The translations under genes and the position numbers were made by a program. A stretch of DNA of 39,226 bases from an uncultured delta proteobacterium (GTDB lineage: Bacteria > Myxococcota > Myxococcia > Myxococcales > Myxococcaceae): positions 1 to 39,226 of the forward strand of contig CAVZMH010000011.1 in NCBI GenBank assembly GCA_963776345.1. The letters run 5' to 3'. Below are positions 8,953-17,196 of this stretch, one piece after another (the stretch's first letter is position 1; every line of letters starts with the position of its first letter). The notes beneath the pieces were generated by a model. That model did not search any database. It was not told where the DNA came from and was given only the letters and a program-made list of their open reading frames with translations.

Positions 8953-9537
8953 ATGCTGGCCACGTGGTGCGCCTTCGGCAATCGGCACGCCAACCTGCAC
9001 TACCCTCCGGCGGGTGAGCCTCAGGGCCCATTGGCCGTCGTCGCCGTCTCCACCGACGCTCCGGCGGTCGCGGTGCGGGTGACCGACATGCGGCAGGGTT
9101 CGCGGACGACGGTGGGCGAGATGCGAAACGGGTTCGGCATGCACACCGCGGACGTCGAAATCCAGCAGGATGCGGTGCTCTGGGTGAAGGGGGCGCTGGA
9201 GCGAGAGCTCACCGTCCAGGGCTTCCGCGTCGCCCAGTCCGAAGGCGCACCGGGGCTACTGAACAGCGAACTGCTCGCTCTCCATTGCGGTGCCTATTTG
9301 AGCCACGGAGGCGAGGTGTCCCTCCGGGTCGAATTCAAGAGCGGGCAGAACGCGATTCCCCCGGCGGTGTACGTGGGGCACGGGAGCGCCGGGGTGAACA
9401 TGGCGGCGAGCGAGGATTCGTACTCGGAGAGCATGGCCCTGGCGCTCCAGGACGCGCTCCGACAGGTCGCCGCCCAGCTGAAGTGGGCGCTGACTCAGCC
9501 GGGGCAGCCGCCGCCGGTCGCCGGACCGTCCTCCTGA
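8953..9537 (+). CDS. Putative YajG-like lipoprotein
   Basis: VAVRVTDMR..TVGEMRNGFGMHTADV...ALQDAL pattern. The true start may be GTG 8901, out of frame across a G7 run. Confidence 0.6.
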   Translation: MLATWCAFGNRHANLHYPPAGEPQGPLAVVAVSTDAPAVAVRVTDMRQGSRTTVGEMRNGFGMHTADVEIQQDAVLWVKGALERELTVQGFRVAQSEGAPGLLNSELLALHCGAYLSHGGEVSLRVEFKSGQNAIPPAVYVGHGSAGVNMAASEDSYSESMALALQDALRQVAAQLKWALTQPGQPPPVAGPSS

Positions 9538-9564
9538 CCATGGTGACGCCTCCCTCGCTCCGGG

Positions 9565-10002
9565 CACCCCCTCGAGCAGCGCCACCTCCCAGGCGAGCCG
9601 AACCGCCAGGAGTTCGACAAGCGTGCCGTCGCGCCTTCCGTCTCGCTCGGCCTCCCACCCCCGCTGCCGAGCCACCGCCGCCCATCCGGAAATGGTCGCC
9701 GGCAGCCAGCCGGCGGGCACGCCGAGTCGGGTCAGCGCGGCGATGGCTACCTCGCCGGGCTCCGCCGGAGGGCCGCGCACCGTGGCCCGGTAGCCCTTTA
9801 CCCCGAGCACCTCGGGTGCATGGTCGTGCAGCGCCTCGGCGCGCCACGCGGGGTAGGGCTCGAGGTGGCGCGACGGGGAGGGCCAGGAGGCCTGACCCTC
9901 GTCGAAGCACGCCGCTGCCCAGGCCGAGAGCCGGTCGGTGAGAAGCGTCCCGTGGTCCCTCCCGGTGAGCTGAGCGGTCACCTCTGCCACGTTGGGAAGC
10001 AG
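9565..10002 (-). pseudogene. Internal fragment of DabA/DUF2309 (YbcC) inorganic-carbon transporter subunit
   Basis: WAAACFDEGQASW...AWRAEALHD..PEVLG...GWAAVAR...WEAERDG...LLAVRLAWE; no start and no C-terminal part. Confidence 0.7.
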
Positions 10003-10037
10003 GCGCGCCGGTCCCGCCGGAGCGCGGCTGACGACCC

Positions 10038-10076
10038 CGGCCTCCGGAGCGAACGCCCCGCTTACTCTTCCCTGGA
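10038..10076 (+). repeat. Degenerate copy 6 of the oriIS-like motif
   Basis: CGGCCTCCGGAGCGAACGCCCCGCTTACTCTTCCCTGGA; shares GCGAACGCCCCG with copy 7. Confidence 0.45.
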
Positions 10077-10130
10077 GTGGTCGATCGCCTCGATCGTTCG
10101 CGCCGCGACGCTCACGCACTCGGAGCATCG

Positions 10131-10544
10131 CTATTTCTTCGACGCCACGGAGCGCTCCTGGATCGCCCGAACCTGGTCGAGCACCTCGGGAATGTCGCTC
10201 AGCTCGAAGAACGGGCGGATCTCGATCTCGCTGGCCTCGGCGTCCGGGGGCGGGTTGGGGCGACGCTTGACCCACTCGATCGCTTCTTCGAGCGACTTGC
10301 ACTGCCAGATCCAGTAGCCCGCGACGAGCTCCTTGGCCTCGGTGAACGGCCCGTCGACGACGGTGGGCTTCTTGCCCGACGAGCACTTGACGCGCGCGCC
10401 GTACTTGCTCGCCTTGAGACCCGCCGCGTCGACCATCACGCCCGCCTTGACCAGCTCCTCGTTGAATCTGCCCATGCACGTCAGCGTCTCCGGCGAGGGC
10501 CGCGCGCCGGTCTCGGATTCCTTGGTGGCCTTGACGATGATCAT
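10131..10544 (-). CDS. YciI family (DGPF-domain) protein
   Basis: MIIVKATKESE..., VVDGPFTEAKELVAGYWIWQCKSLEEAIEW. Confidence 0.88.
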   Translation of the reverse strand: MIIVKATKESETGARPSPETLTCMGRFNEELVKAGVMVDAAGLKASKYGARVKCSSGKKPTVVDGPFTEAKELVAGYWIWQCKSLEEAIEWVKRRPNPPPDAEASEIEIRPFFELSDIPEVLDQVRAIQERSVASKK

Positions 10545-10599
10545 GAAAGCACCTGCACCCCCGCCTGACGCCAGGCTCGGGACTTCACCACCCTCGGCA

Positions 10600-10680
10600 G
10601 CGGTGAGCACGCCTCCGCAGCGCCTCCTGGGTTCGTCGTCCTGCCTCGAGGCGAACGCCCCGTTCGTCCTTCCTTGGATC
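10600..10680 (+). mobile_element. Divergent copy 7 of the oriIS-like end
   Basis: Starts GCGGTGAGCAC..AGCGCCTCC like copy 2 and ends GTTCGTCCTTCCTTGGATC. Confidence 0.55.
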
Positions 10681-10761
10681 GCTGGTCGCCGGTCGCGGAT
10701 GGCGTAGACTCGCCGCGCCCGCGCTTCCGCGGGACGGAGCGGAGCGACGAAGGGGGAGCCG

Positions 10762-11349
10762 ATGAAGCGCTGGATGATGCTCGGTCTGCTTGTCGGTGCG
10801 TGCGGGAGCAACAATGGATCTGGCAGCTCGGGGCCAGGATCGATCTCCGGAACGGTCGGCGGACAGCCGTTGAACGTGAAGGATGCGGTGTTCAGCCTCG
10901 AGAACAACGCGGTCACGGTCGTGGTCACCGACCGCGAGAACATCTGCTCGCTGCTGAGCGGAACGACCTTGCCCGGCACGACCACCGCGCTGTTCCTCTC
11001 CATCGCCAACTTCGTCCCTCCGTCGACGGTCAGTCCGCACGTCACGGGCGACTACGCCTTCTTCGACCTGGGCGGATCGACCCTCCCGACCACTGCGGGG
11101 CGGTACTGGTACGGCGGATTCGAAACGGTCACCGCCAGCTGTACCCAGGCCACCGCCGCGCTGGCCACCGGCGGCACGGTCACGGTGACCCAGACCGGGA
11201 ATACGTCGGGAACGCAATTCAAGGCGAATCTCACCGGCCTCCAGTTCGGAGGCGACACCCTGAACGGAAGCATCGAGGCCACCTACTGCCCCGCGCTCTC
11301 CACCACCACCTGCGGGACGCTGCTCGCCCGACCAGGACCGACCGAATAG
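10762..11349 (+). CDS. Gly/Ser/Thr-rich lipoprotein
   Basis: GGGGAG RBS; MKRWMMLGLLVGAC lipobox. Confidence 0.8.
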   Translation: MKRWMMLGLLVGACGSNNGSGSSGPGSISGTVGGQPLNVKDAVFSLENNAVTVVVTDRENICSLLSGTTLPGTTTALFLSIANFVPPSTVSPHVTGDYAFFDLGGSTLPTTAGRYWYGGFETVTASCTQATAALATGGTVTVTQTGNTSGTQFKANLTGLQFGGDTLNGSIEATYCPALSTTTCGTLLARPGPTE

Positions 11350-11449
11350 GAGCCCCGCGCGGAGCGCACGAGCTGCGCATAGGCGTAGGCTGCGAGGGCC
11401 AGAGGCCAGTCGGCGACCGTCCAGAAGAGGCGCGAGGCGAGCGAGGGCT

Positions 11450-12022
11450 TCATCGCGCCCTGGCCTCGCGCAGCGGCTTGAGCGCCGTGGCCCAGCGGTG
11501 CAGCTCGTCGAGCATGTCGGCCGCCGCCTTGTGCTGGGCGTCGGTCGGGGTGAACGTCCCGTTGGCGATCTGCTTGGAGACGAACGGGATCGCCACCTGC
11601 TCGACGATCGGCATCACCTTCACCGAGGTGAGGGGCACCTTCGCCATCTGCGTCGATCGGAGCCCGCCGCTCACCCCACCGTAGCTGACGAAGCTCGCCG
11701 GCTTGTAATTCCACTCGCTGTAGACGAAGTCGATCGCGTTGAGCAGCGTGGGCGGCATCCCGAAGTTGTACTCCGGGATGACGAAGGTGAAGGCGTCGGC
11801 CGCGTCCACGATCTTGCTCCAGGCATGGGTGTGCGGCTTCGTGTACTTGCGGAGCTTGGGGTGCTCCGGCTCATCGAGGAGCGGAAGGGCGAGGTCCTGG
11901 AGGTCCGCCAGGGTCACCTCGAAGTTCCCGTGCTCCACCGCGCGGCGATGGAACCACTGCCCCACCGCGAAGCCGACCCGAGCCGGTCGGGTGCTGACCA
12001 CGACCACGTTGAGCTTGAGCAT
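11450..12022 (-). CDS. NADPH-dependent FMN reductase family protein
   Basis: STRPARVG, ADAFTFVIPEYN, EWNYKPASFVSYGGVSGGLR. Confidence 0.92.
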   Translation of the reverse strand: MLKLNVVVVSTRPARVGFAVGQWFHRRAVEHGNFEVTLADLQDLALPLLDEPEHPKLRKYTKPHTHAWSKIVDAADAFTFVIPEYNFGMPPTLLNAIDFVYSEWNYKPASFVSYGGVSGGLRSTQMAKVPLTSVKVMPIVEQVAIPFVSKQIANGTFTPTDAQHKAAADMLDELHRWATALKPLREARAR

Positions 12023-12031
12023 GATCCCGCC

Positions 12032-12919
12032 TCAGGCCAGGTTCTTCTCGAGGAAGTCGATCGTCCGCTGCCACGCCAGCTGGGCCGCGGCCTTGTCATA
12101 GCGAGGCGTGGTGTCGTTGTTGAAGCCGTGCTGGGTGCCGGGATAGGTGAACATGTGGTACCGGACGTGGTTCGCCTCGAGTGCCGCCTCGTAGGCCGCG
12201 GCGCCGGCGTTGATCCGATCGTCGTGCTCGGCGTAGTGGATGAGCAGCGGCGCCCTGATGCGAGGGACCTCCTCGGCCCTGGGCTGGGCGCCGTAGAACG
12301 GAACGGCCGCTGCCAGGTCGGGGAGACGGGTCGCCAGGAAGTTGGCGATTCCGCCGCCGAAGCAGAATCCCACCACGGCGATCTTGCCGGTGCAGTCCGG
12401 ACGGCTCCGGAGGTAGCCCGCGGCGGCGACGAAGTCCTCGCGGACCTTCGCCGGGTCGAGCTTGGCGAACAGCTCGCGCGCCTTGTCCTCGTCGCCGGGG
12501 TAGCCGCCGAGCGGCGCCAGCGCGTCCGGCGCGAAGGCCATGAATCCCTCGAGGGCGATCCGCCGGGTGATGTCCTCGATGTGCGGATTCAGCCCGCGGT
12601 TCTCGTGAACCACCAGGACCCCGGGGAGCTTCCCGGATGCGCTGGCCGGGCGCACCAGGTAACCCCGCATCTTTCCCTGGCCCTGCGGCGACTGGAACTC
12701 GACCGTGCTCGCCTTGACCCGGCTGTCGTCCTTCGAGATCTGCTGGGCCTCGGCGAAGCGCGGGCTGAGCGCATCGAGGAGCATCGACGCGGTCATCCCG
12801 CCGACGGCGTACTTGGTCGCCCGCCGGAGAAACCCTCGGCGATCGATGTCGCCGTGTACGTACTTGTCGAAGAGATCGAGCAGCCCCTGATCGAAGTCGG
12901 CTGAGGTCTTCGGGTCCAT
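12032..12919 (-). CDS. Dienelactone hydrolase family protein (YghX-like)
   Basis: DRRGFL Tat-like motif, HENRGLNPH, GFCFGG nucleophile motif, HGFNNDTTPRYD. Confidence 0.92.
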   Translation of the reverse strand: MDPKTSADFDQGLLDLFDKYVHGDIDRRGFLRRATKYAVGGMTASMLLDALSPRFAEAQQISKDDSRVKASTVEFQSPQGQGKMRGYLVRPASASGKLPGVLVVHENRGLNPHIEDITRRIALEGFMAFAPDALAPLGGYPGDEDKARELFAKLDPAKVREDFVAAAGYLRSRPDCTGKIAVVGFCFGGGIANFLATRLPDLAAAVPFYGAQPRAEEVPRIRAPLLIHYAEHDDRINAGAAAYEAALEANHVRYHMFTYPGTQHGFNNDTTPRYDKAAAQLAWQRTIDFLEKNLA

Positions 12920-12949
12920 GTGGCGGCCTCCGGGCGCGGTCAACATACG

Positions 12950-13100
12950 CAGCGGTCGCGCCGCGCGCCTGCTCTACCCGTGCGAGAAAGGGCGGGTCGT
13001 TCTCCATCCGGAAGTCGAACCAGTCGTGCTCCGACGCGAAGCCGATGAGAACCCGGCGGGCTCGCTCCTCGGCCTGGCGGAGGTATCGAGACGAACTGGG
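12950..13100 (-). pseudogene. Phd/YefM-family antitoxin remnant
   Basis: SRYLRQAEE..(PAG in a shifted frame)VLIGFASEHDWFDFRMENDPPFLARVEQAR; the central ITRHGK-like segment is absent. Confidence 0.6.
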
Positions 13101-13286
13101 GCGAGCCATGGACCGAGACGCCCAAGGCCAGGCCTATCCCAATCAAGTCGGCCATTCGCTAGAGCCGGGCGGGCTACGCTCCTCGGCCTGGCGGAGGTAT
13201 CGAGACGAACTGGGGCGAGCCAGGACCGAGACGCCGCAACGGCCAGGCCTATCCCACATGCAACGTCGGCCATTCGCTAGAGCCCG
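13055..13286 (+). repeat. Tandem duplication, unit about 113-119 bp
   Basis: 13055-13167 compared with 13168-13286; the copies differ almost only by single-base indels. Confidence 0.9.
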
Positions 13287-13444
13287 GAGGGCCAGGCTCG
13301 CCGGCCGCGGATGCGAGCCCCGGTCCGTGCGGATGAGCTTCCAGGAGGTCGCGGCAATCGACGACGCCGCTTGAGCATGCTGACCCGCTGGCCGCCGGTG
13401 TTCCCGGTGGGCACCTTTCCGATGGACGGCATCGCGTGAGCGAG

Positions 13445-13709
13445 CAAGCCACTCGTCAGCGGCGCCAGCTTCGAGAGGCTTCCATCGACCCGAGCGCCAG
13501 CGGTGGGTCCACTGGGGCTGCGCCTGTCCGTCCCGAGCAGCGGACGCGGGGGCCTCGACTGCGGACCCGGGGAGCGGCGGGCAGCCACTGAAGTGGCCCA
13601 AGCTTCGAAGGCTTCCATCGACCCGAGCGCCAGCGGTGGGTCCACAGAGCTGGCCTGTCCGTCCCGAGCAGCGGACGCGGGGGCCTCGACTCGACCCGGG
13701 GAGCGCGGC
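13445..13709 (+). repeat. Tandem duplication, unit about 134 bp
   Basis: AGCTTCGA at 13467 and 13601; long identical blocks GGCTTCCATCGACCCGAGCGCCAGCGGTGGGTCCAC and GCCTGTCCGTCCCGAGCAGCGGACGCGGGGGCCTCGACT. Confidence 0.9.
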
Positions 13710-13755
13710 CGGCCCTTGCTCCCAGGCCCGGCAGACCTCGGAAAAGGGGGCACGG

Positions 13756-14007
13756 GTGAAGGTCAGGAGCGATGCGAGGCAGGAGTCGGAGTGGAAGCGA
13801 GCCGCGAAGATCTCCGGGATGTCGCTGGACGAATGGGCGGGGATGCACTTGGACATCTGCGCCGGGCTCGCGCTCGCCAGCGTGGGGTCCTGCGAGCTCT
13901 GCAGACAGAACGCCGACGCACCGGGCGGGAGCCTGCAGATCCACGAGCTGCCCGAGCCGGAAGACGAGGCGGAGGGGAGGCAGAACGAGCTCGACGCCAG
14001 ATCTTGA
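13756..14007 (+). CDS. Small hypothetical protein, possible ribbon-helix-helix N-terminus
   Basis: AAGGGGG then GTG; VKVRSD..EWKRAAKISGMSLDEWA; CELC; acidic tail. Confidence 0.35.
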   Translation: MKVRSDARQESEWKRAAKISGMSLDEWAGMHLDICAGLALASVGSCELCRQNADAPGGSLQIHELPEPEDEAEGRQNELDARS

Positions 14008-14032
14008 AAGTGTCTAGTTGTATGGGCCGGAG

Positions 14033-14145
14033 GTGAGATCGAGAGATCTGCTGCGGCTTCTTCGTCGGCTGGGATGCAGGGAGGTCCGACGCAAGGGCTC
14101 GCACCGATCGTCCGATGCGGAAACTGTCAGACAGTCGTGCCCGTT
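14033..14145 (+). pseudogene. hicA: HicA-family toxin remnant (frameshifted, 3'-truncated)
   Basis: VRSRDLLRLLRRLGCREVRRKGSH, a frameshift near 14105, then IVRCGNCQTVVPV; no C-terminal helix and no hicB. Confidence 0.7.
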
Positions 14146-14164
14146 GGGTCGGAGCTTCGTCCGG

Positions 14165-15076
14165 CTACCTGCCGAGGCCGATGTCGAAGATGCCGTCGCT
14201 CACGTTCAGCGCGCTCCCCCCTCCCGAGCCGATCGTCCCGCTGAAGGTTCCCTTCAGTCGATTGGCGTCGACGGAGGTCACCACCACCGAGCCCGACGAG
14301 CCGGAGAGGCTCGAGTTGTAGCCGGTACCTCCGATGGTCACCGAGACTTGGTTGGCGGTGCCCGTCCCGCCGAATGGGAAGGTGCCCGGCCCGTTGACCC
14401 CGCTGAGAATGATGTTCACGGTGGACAGGCCGGCCCCCAGGCCGCCGGTCTGGGACGAGCCGCCGAAGGCGTAGCTCCCGCCGGTCTTGGCGACGGTCAC
14501 GATGGTCGCCCCGATCCACGCAGTCCCGCCAAGCGTGGCCTTCATCGTGCTCCCTCGATACGGCTCCAGCGTCCCGGGGGCTCCGCTGACCGCCAGGTCG
14601 AACGCGCCGTTGGTCACCGATTTTGTGGAGGTCGGGTTCACGAGATCGGACGCGGTGAAGCTGAAGGTTCCGGCGATCCGGCTGGAGGTCAGGCTGGTGA
14701 CGATCACCGTTCCGGCGGTGCCGTTCAGGGGCGTCGACCACGATGACGCGCCCTCGCTGACCGTGCCGATGCCGCCGAAGTTCGTCGAGTTCACCCCGAG
14801 CGGATAAGTCCCCGGTGCGGCGATGTTGTAGAGAATCAGGATGATGGTCTGGGCCGTGGTCCCGGAGACGATGTGAGATCCGGTGATGGTGTAGACCGGC
14901 CCCCCGGCTGAACTCCTCGCCGACGCTCCCGCGAACTGATCGGCCGAGAACGACTGGCCGTCGATGGAGGCGGTCATCGGCCCGCCCCCACCGCCGCCGT
15001 TCCCTGGGTTGTTTCCGCCTCCGCCGCACCCCGTCCAGAGGATGGCGGTCACCAGCATCCCGAGCGTCGTTCTCAT
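14165..15076 (-). CDS. Lipoprotein with two tandem beta-rich repeat domains
   Basis: LWTGC lipobox, poly-Gly linker; GTVIVTS..RIAGTFS..VTNGAFDL and GSVVVTS..RLKGTFS..VSDGIFDI. Confidence 0.8.
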   Translation of the reverse strand: MRTTLGMLVTAILWTGCGGGGNNPGNGGGGGGPMTASIDGQSFSADQFAGASARSSAGGPVYTITGSHIVSGTTAQTIILILYNIAAPGTYPLGVNSTNFGGIGTVSEGASSWSTPLNGTAGTVIVTSLTSSRIAGTFSFTASDLVNPTSTKSVTNGAFDLAVSGAPGTLEPYRGSTMKATLGGTAWIGATIVTVAKTGGSYAFGGSSQTGGLGAGLSTVNIILSGVNGPGTFPFGGTGTANQVSVTIGGTGYNSSLSGSSGSVVVTSVDANRLKGTFSGTIGSGGGSALNVSDGIFDIGLGR

Positions 15077-15188
15077 TCCTCGAGGCCTCCGTTGCCACGC
15101 GCTTCGTCGCGCGTGCTACGTCCTCCGGTGCGCGGAAACAGAGCAGGAACCGTCATGGCACGGGCAGGACCCGACCGTCAGGTGTAGG

Positions 15189-15266
15189 TCCAACCTCGCC
15201 CGGTACTTCGCCGTCTTCGCCCCCAACGCCAGGCTCCGGCCCGACGTCGTCCCCGCTCCCGCTGCC
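15189..15266 (+). pseudogene. IS91/ISCR-like (Y2_Tnp) transposase scrap
   Basis: Translates SNLARYFAVFAPNARLRPDVVPAPAA, resembling the NLxRYxGVFAPNxxLR segment around the catalytic Tyr. Confidence 0.65.
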
Positions 15267-15595
15267 CTTCTTCGCCGCTCGACCTGTTTCGAGACCTCTG
15301 CAGGCATCCTGGGCGCGCGCGGGGGGAAGCTCAGGCCCAGCTCGCGCCGGACGAGCCGCGCAGGGCGGCCCGGACGAAACGCGAGCGCAGCTGGTCGCGA
15401 CGGTCGTGGTGGGCCTGAGAGTCACCATCGCCGTGCCCTGATCAGACGGAGCGGATTCCCCGGAGACACCCTTCGCCGCGGTTCTGGACGGACGAGCAAG
15501 AGTCGAGGACGCCAGGGCAAGCGCGCAGCTCGCCCGCCGCGAAGACAACCTTCATCTCTCACCGTCACCCGGTGCCGAGACAGGAGGACTGCACA

Positions 15596-15943
15596 ATGGG
15601 CTCAACGAAAGAAATCCTGGACCAACACCTCAACTCCTTCAGGGAAGGCAATCTCGAGCGCATCCTGTCCGACTATGCGCCGGGCGCAATTCTGTTCACG
15701 CCCGCGGGGCCACTCACCGGAGAGGCGATCCGAGCATTCTTCAAGGGGCTGCTCGCGGAGTTCGCAAAACCTGGCGCCGTCTTCAGACTGGGCGAGCAGT
15801 TCGTCGACGGCGACTATGGCTACATCCTCTGGACGGCCGAGACTGCCGACCAGCGCTACGAGCTCGGCACCGACACCTTCGTCGTGCGCAACGGGAAGAT
15901 CGCGCTTCAGTCGTACGCCGGGAAGACGGCGCCGCGGAGCTGA
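15596..15943 (+). CDS. SnoaL-like/NTF2 family protein
   Basis: AGGAGG RBS; ILDQHLNSFREGNLERILSDYAPGA...GTDTFVVRNGKI. Confidence 0.85.
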   Translation: MGSTKEILDQHLNSFREGNLERILSDYAPGAILFTPAGPLTGEAIRAFFKGLLAEFAKPGAVFRLGEQFVDGDYGYILWTAETADQRYELGTDTFVVRNGKIALQSYAGKTAPRS

Positions 15944-16024
15944 CCGCGCATCGCGAACACGGGACCAGCACCTCACCCGCTCTTCGAGGTGAGCGACGTC
16001 GCTTCCTGCCCGGGCTCCCTCGCG

Positions 16025-16050
16025 GAAACCCGGGGTTGTTCTTCCTTGGA
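16025..16050 (+). mobile_element. Repeat copy 8 of the oriIS-like end
   Basis: GAAACCCGGGGTTGTTCTTCCTTGGA; GGTGAGC at 15988. Confidence 0.55.
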
Positions 16051-16132
16051 GCTCGCGCGCCGGGCTGCTCCAGGAGATCGGGCACCTCCGGGGCGTTGAC
16101 GACCTGGAGCTCGCCGCTCGCCGCGTCCGACC

Positions 16133-16519
16133 TCAGCCGAGGTAGGCGGTCGCCTCGAGCCCGACGAGCGTCCCCTCCGGGATGCGCGGGCCTTGCACCA
16201 CCGAGCGGGCGGGCGGCTTGGCTCCGAAATAGCTCGCATAGACCTCGTTCATCGCCGCGAAGTCCTCCCACCGGCCGAGGAAGATAGTCACCTTCACCAA
16301 CCGATCCATCGAGGCGCCGGCCGCGGCGAGGACAGCCCGGAGATTCTCCATCACTTGCCGCGTCTGGGCTGCGATGCCCTCGGCGAGCTTCCCGGTTCGC
16401 ACGTCGACTGCGACCTGGCCGGAGACGAAGACGAAGTCGCCCGCGCGGACGGCCTGAGAGTAGGGCCCGAGGGCCGGCGGTGCAGTGAGTGTGGCGATCA
16501 CCTCGATCGGCTTGCTCAT
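16133..16519 (-). CDS. RidA/YjgF family enamine deaminase
   Basis: APPALGPYSQAV, SGQV, FAAMNEVYASYF..PARS. Confidence 0.93.
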   Translation of the reverse strand: MSKPIEVIATLTAPPALGPYSQAVRAGDFVFVSGQVAVDVRTGKLAEGIAAQTRQVMENLRAVLAAAGASMDRLVKVTIFLGRWEDFAAMNEVYASYFGAKPPARSVVQGPRIPEGTLVGLEATAYLG

Positions 16520-16810
16520 GGCGGGCCAGGATGTACGTCAGGCCCGCACGGCGCCGGTACAGGGCGGCGCTTCGGGATGCGGATCAGCGAGCGCCCCGTG
16601 TGCCACCTGGGGCCAGGAGCCCGACGCCCTCCTGCATCCCGGTGTCACCAGCGACGCCCGCGACCCGACACCGTCCTGTGGAGCGATTGACTCGGGGCGA
16701 GGCGCGCCGTTGCCGAACTCGAGGATTGAGTCGGCGAGGCCCCCCCGTGCGAAGCGCGTTCCCGGGGGAGCCCGGCCATCGTCGACTGCAGGCTTCGTTC
16801 CTTCGACCGG

Positions 16811-17161
16811 TCAGGTCGTGGGCTCGCGGATCATGATCAGCAGCATCTTGAACCGCTCGACCGCCTTCAGCGCGTGCGGGACGTTGGCCGGCATCAGGAT
16901 GAGCTCACCCTGGACGACCCGGTGGGGCTCGCCGCCGACGGTGATCTCGGCCACGCCGTCCACCACGTGGACCAGCGCGTCGAAGGGTGAGGTGTGCTCG
17001 CTCAGGCCTTCCCCCTGGTCGAAGGCGAACGCGGTCACGTTGCCGGTCTTCTTCTTCACGATCTCCCGGCTCACGACCGCGCCGGGCTGATAGGCCACCA
17101 GCTCGAGCGCCTTTCCGCCGGTGAACTTCCCGGCGGCCTTGTCCTCTGGGTGCTTCGTCAT
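16811..17161 (-). CDS. Cupin domain protein
   Basis: FAFDQGEGLSEHTSPFDALV..DG...MPANVPHALKA; GGAGG upstream. Confidence 0.88.
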   Translation of the reverse strand: MTKHPEDKAAGKFTGGKALELVAYQPGAVVSREIVKKKTGNVTAFAFDQGEGLSEHTSPFDALVHVVDGVAEITVGGEPHRVVQGELILMPANVPHALKAVERFKMLLIMIREPTT

Positions 17162-17196
17162 CGTGGGCCTCCACTCGCTCTGGTCGGCAGCGTCGC

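Noticed and set aside
11283..11453. Short ORF coupled to the FMN reductase stop (MKPSLASRLFW...)
   Set aside because: Overlaps the convergent lipoprotein gene; may be a truncated gene, but no family is recognisable.
1..16050. Repeats as a CRISPR array or integron attC sites
   Set aside because: Spacing is kilobase-scale and irregular; there are no RYYYAAC/GTTRRRY boxes, no cas or intI genes, and cargo lies in both orientations.
16788..16808. GCTTCGTTCCTTCGACC (and GCTTCGTCCGGCTACC near 14154) as extra end motifs
   Set aside because: Too degenerate, with no upstream similarity.
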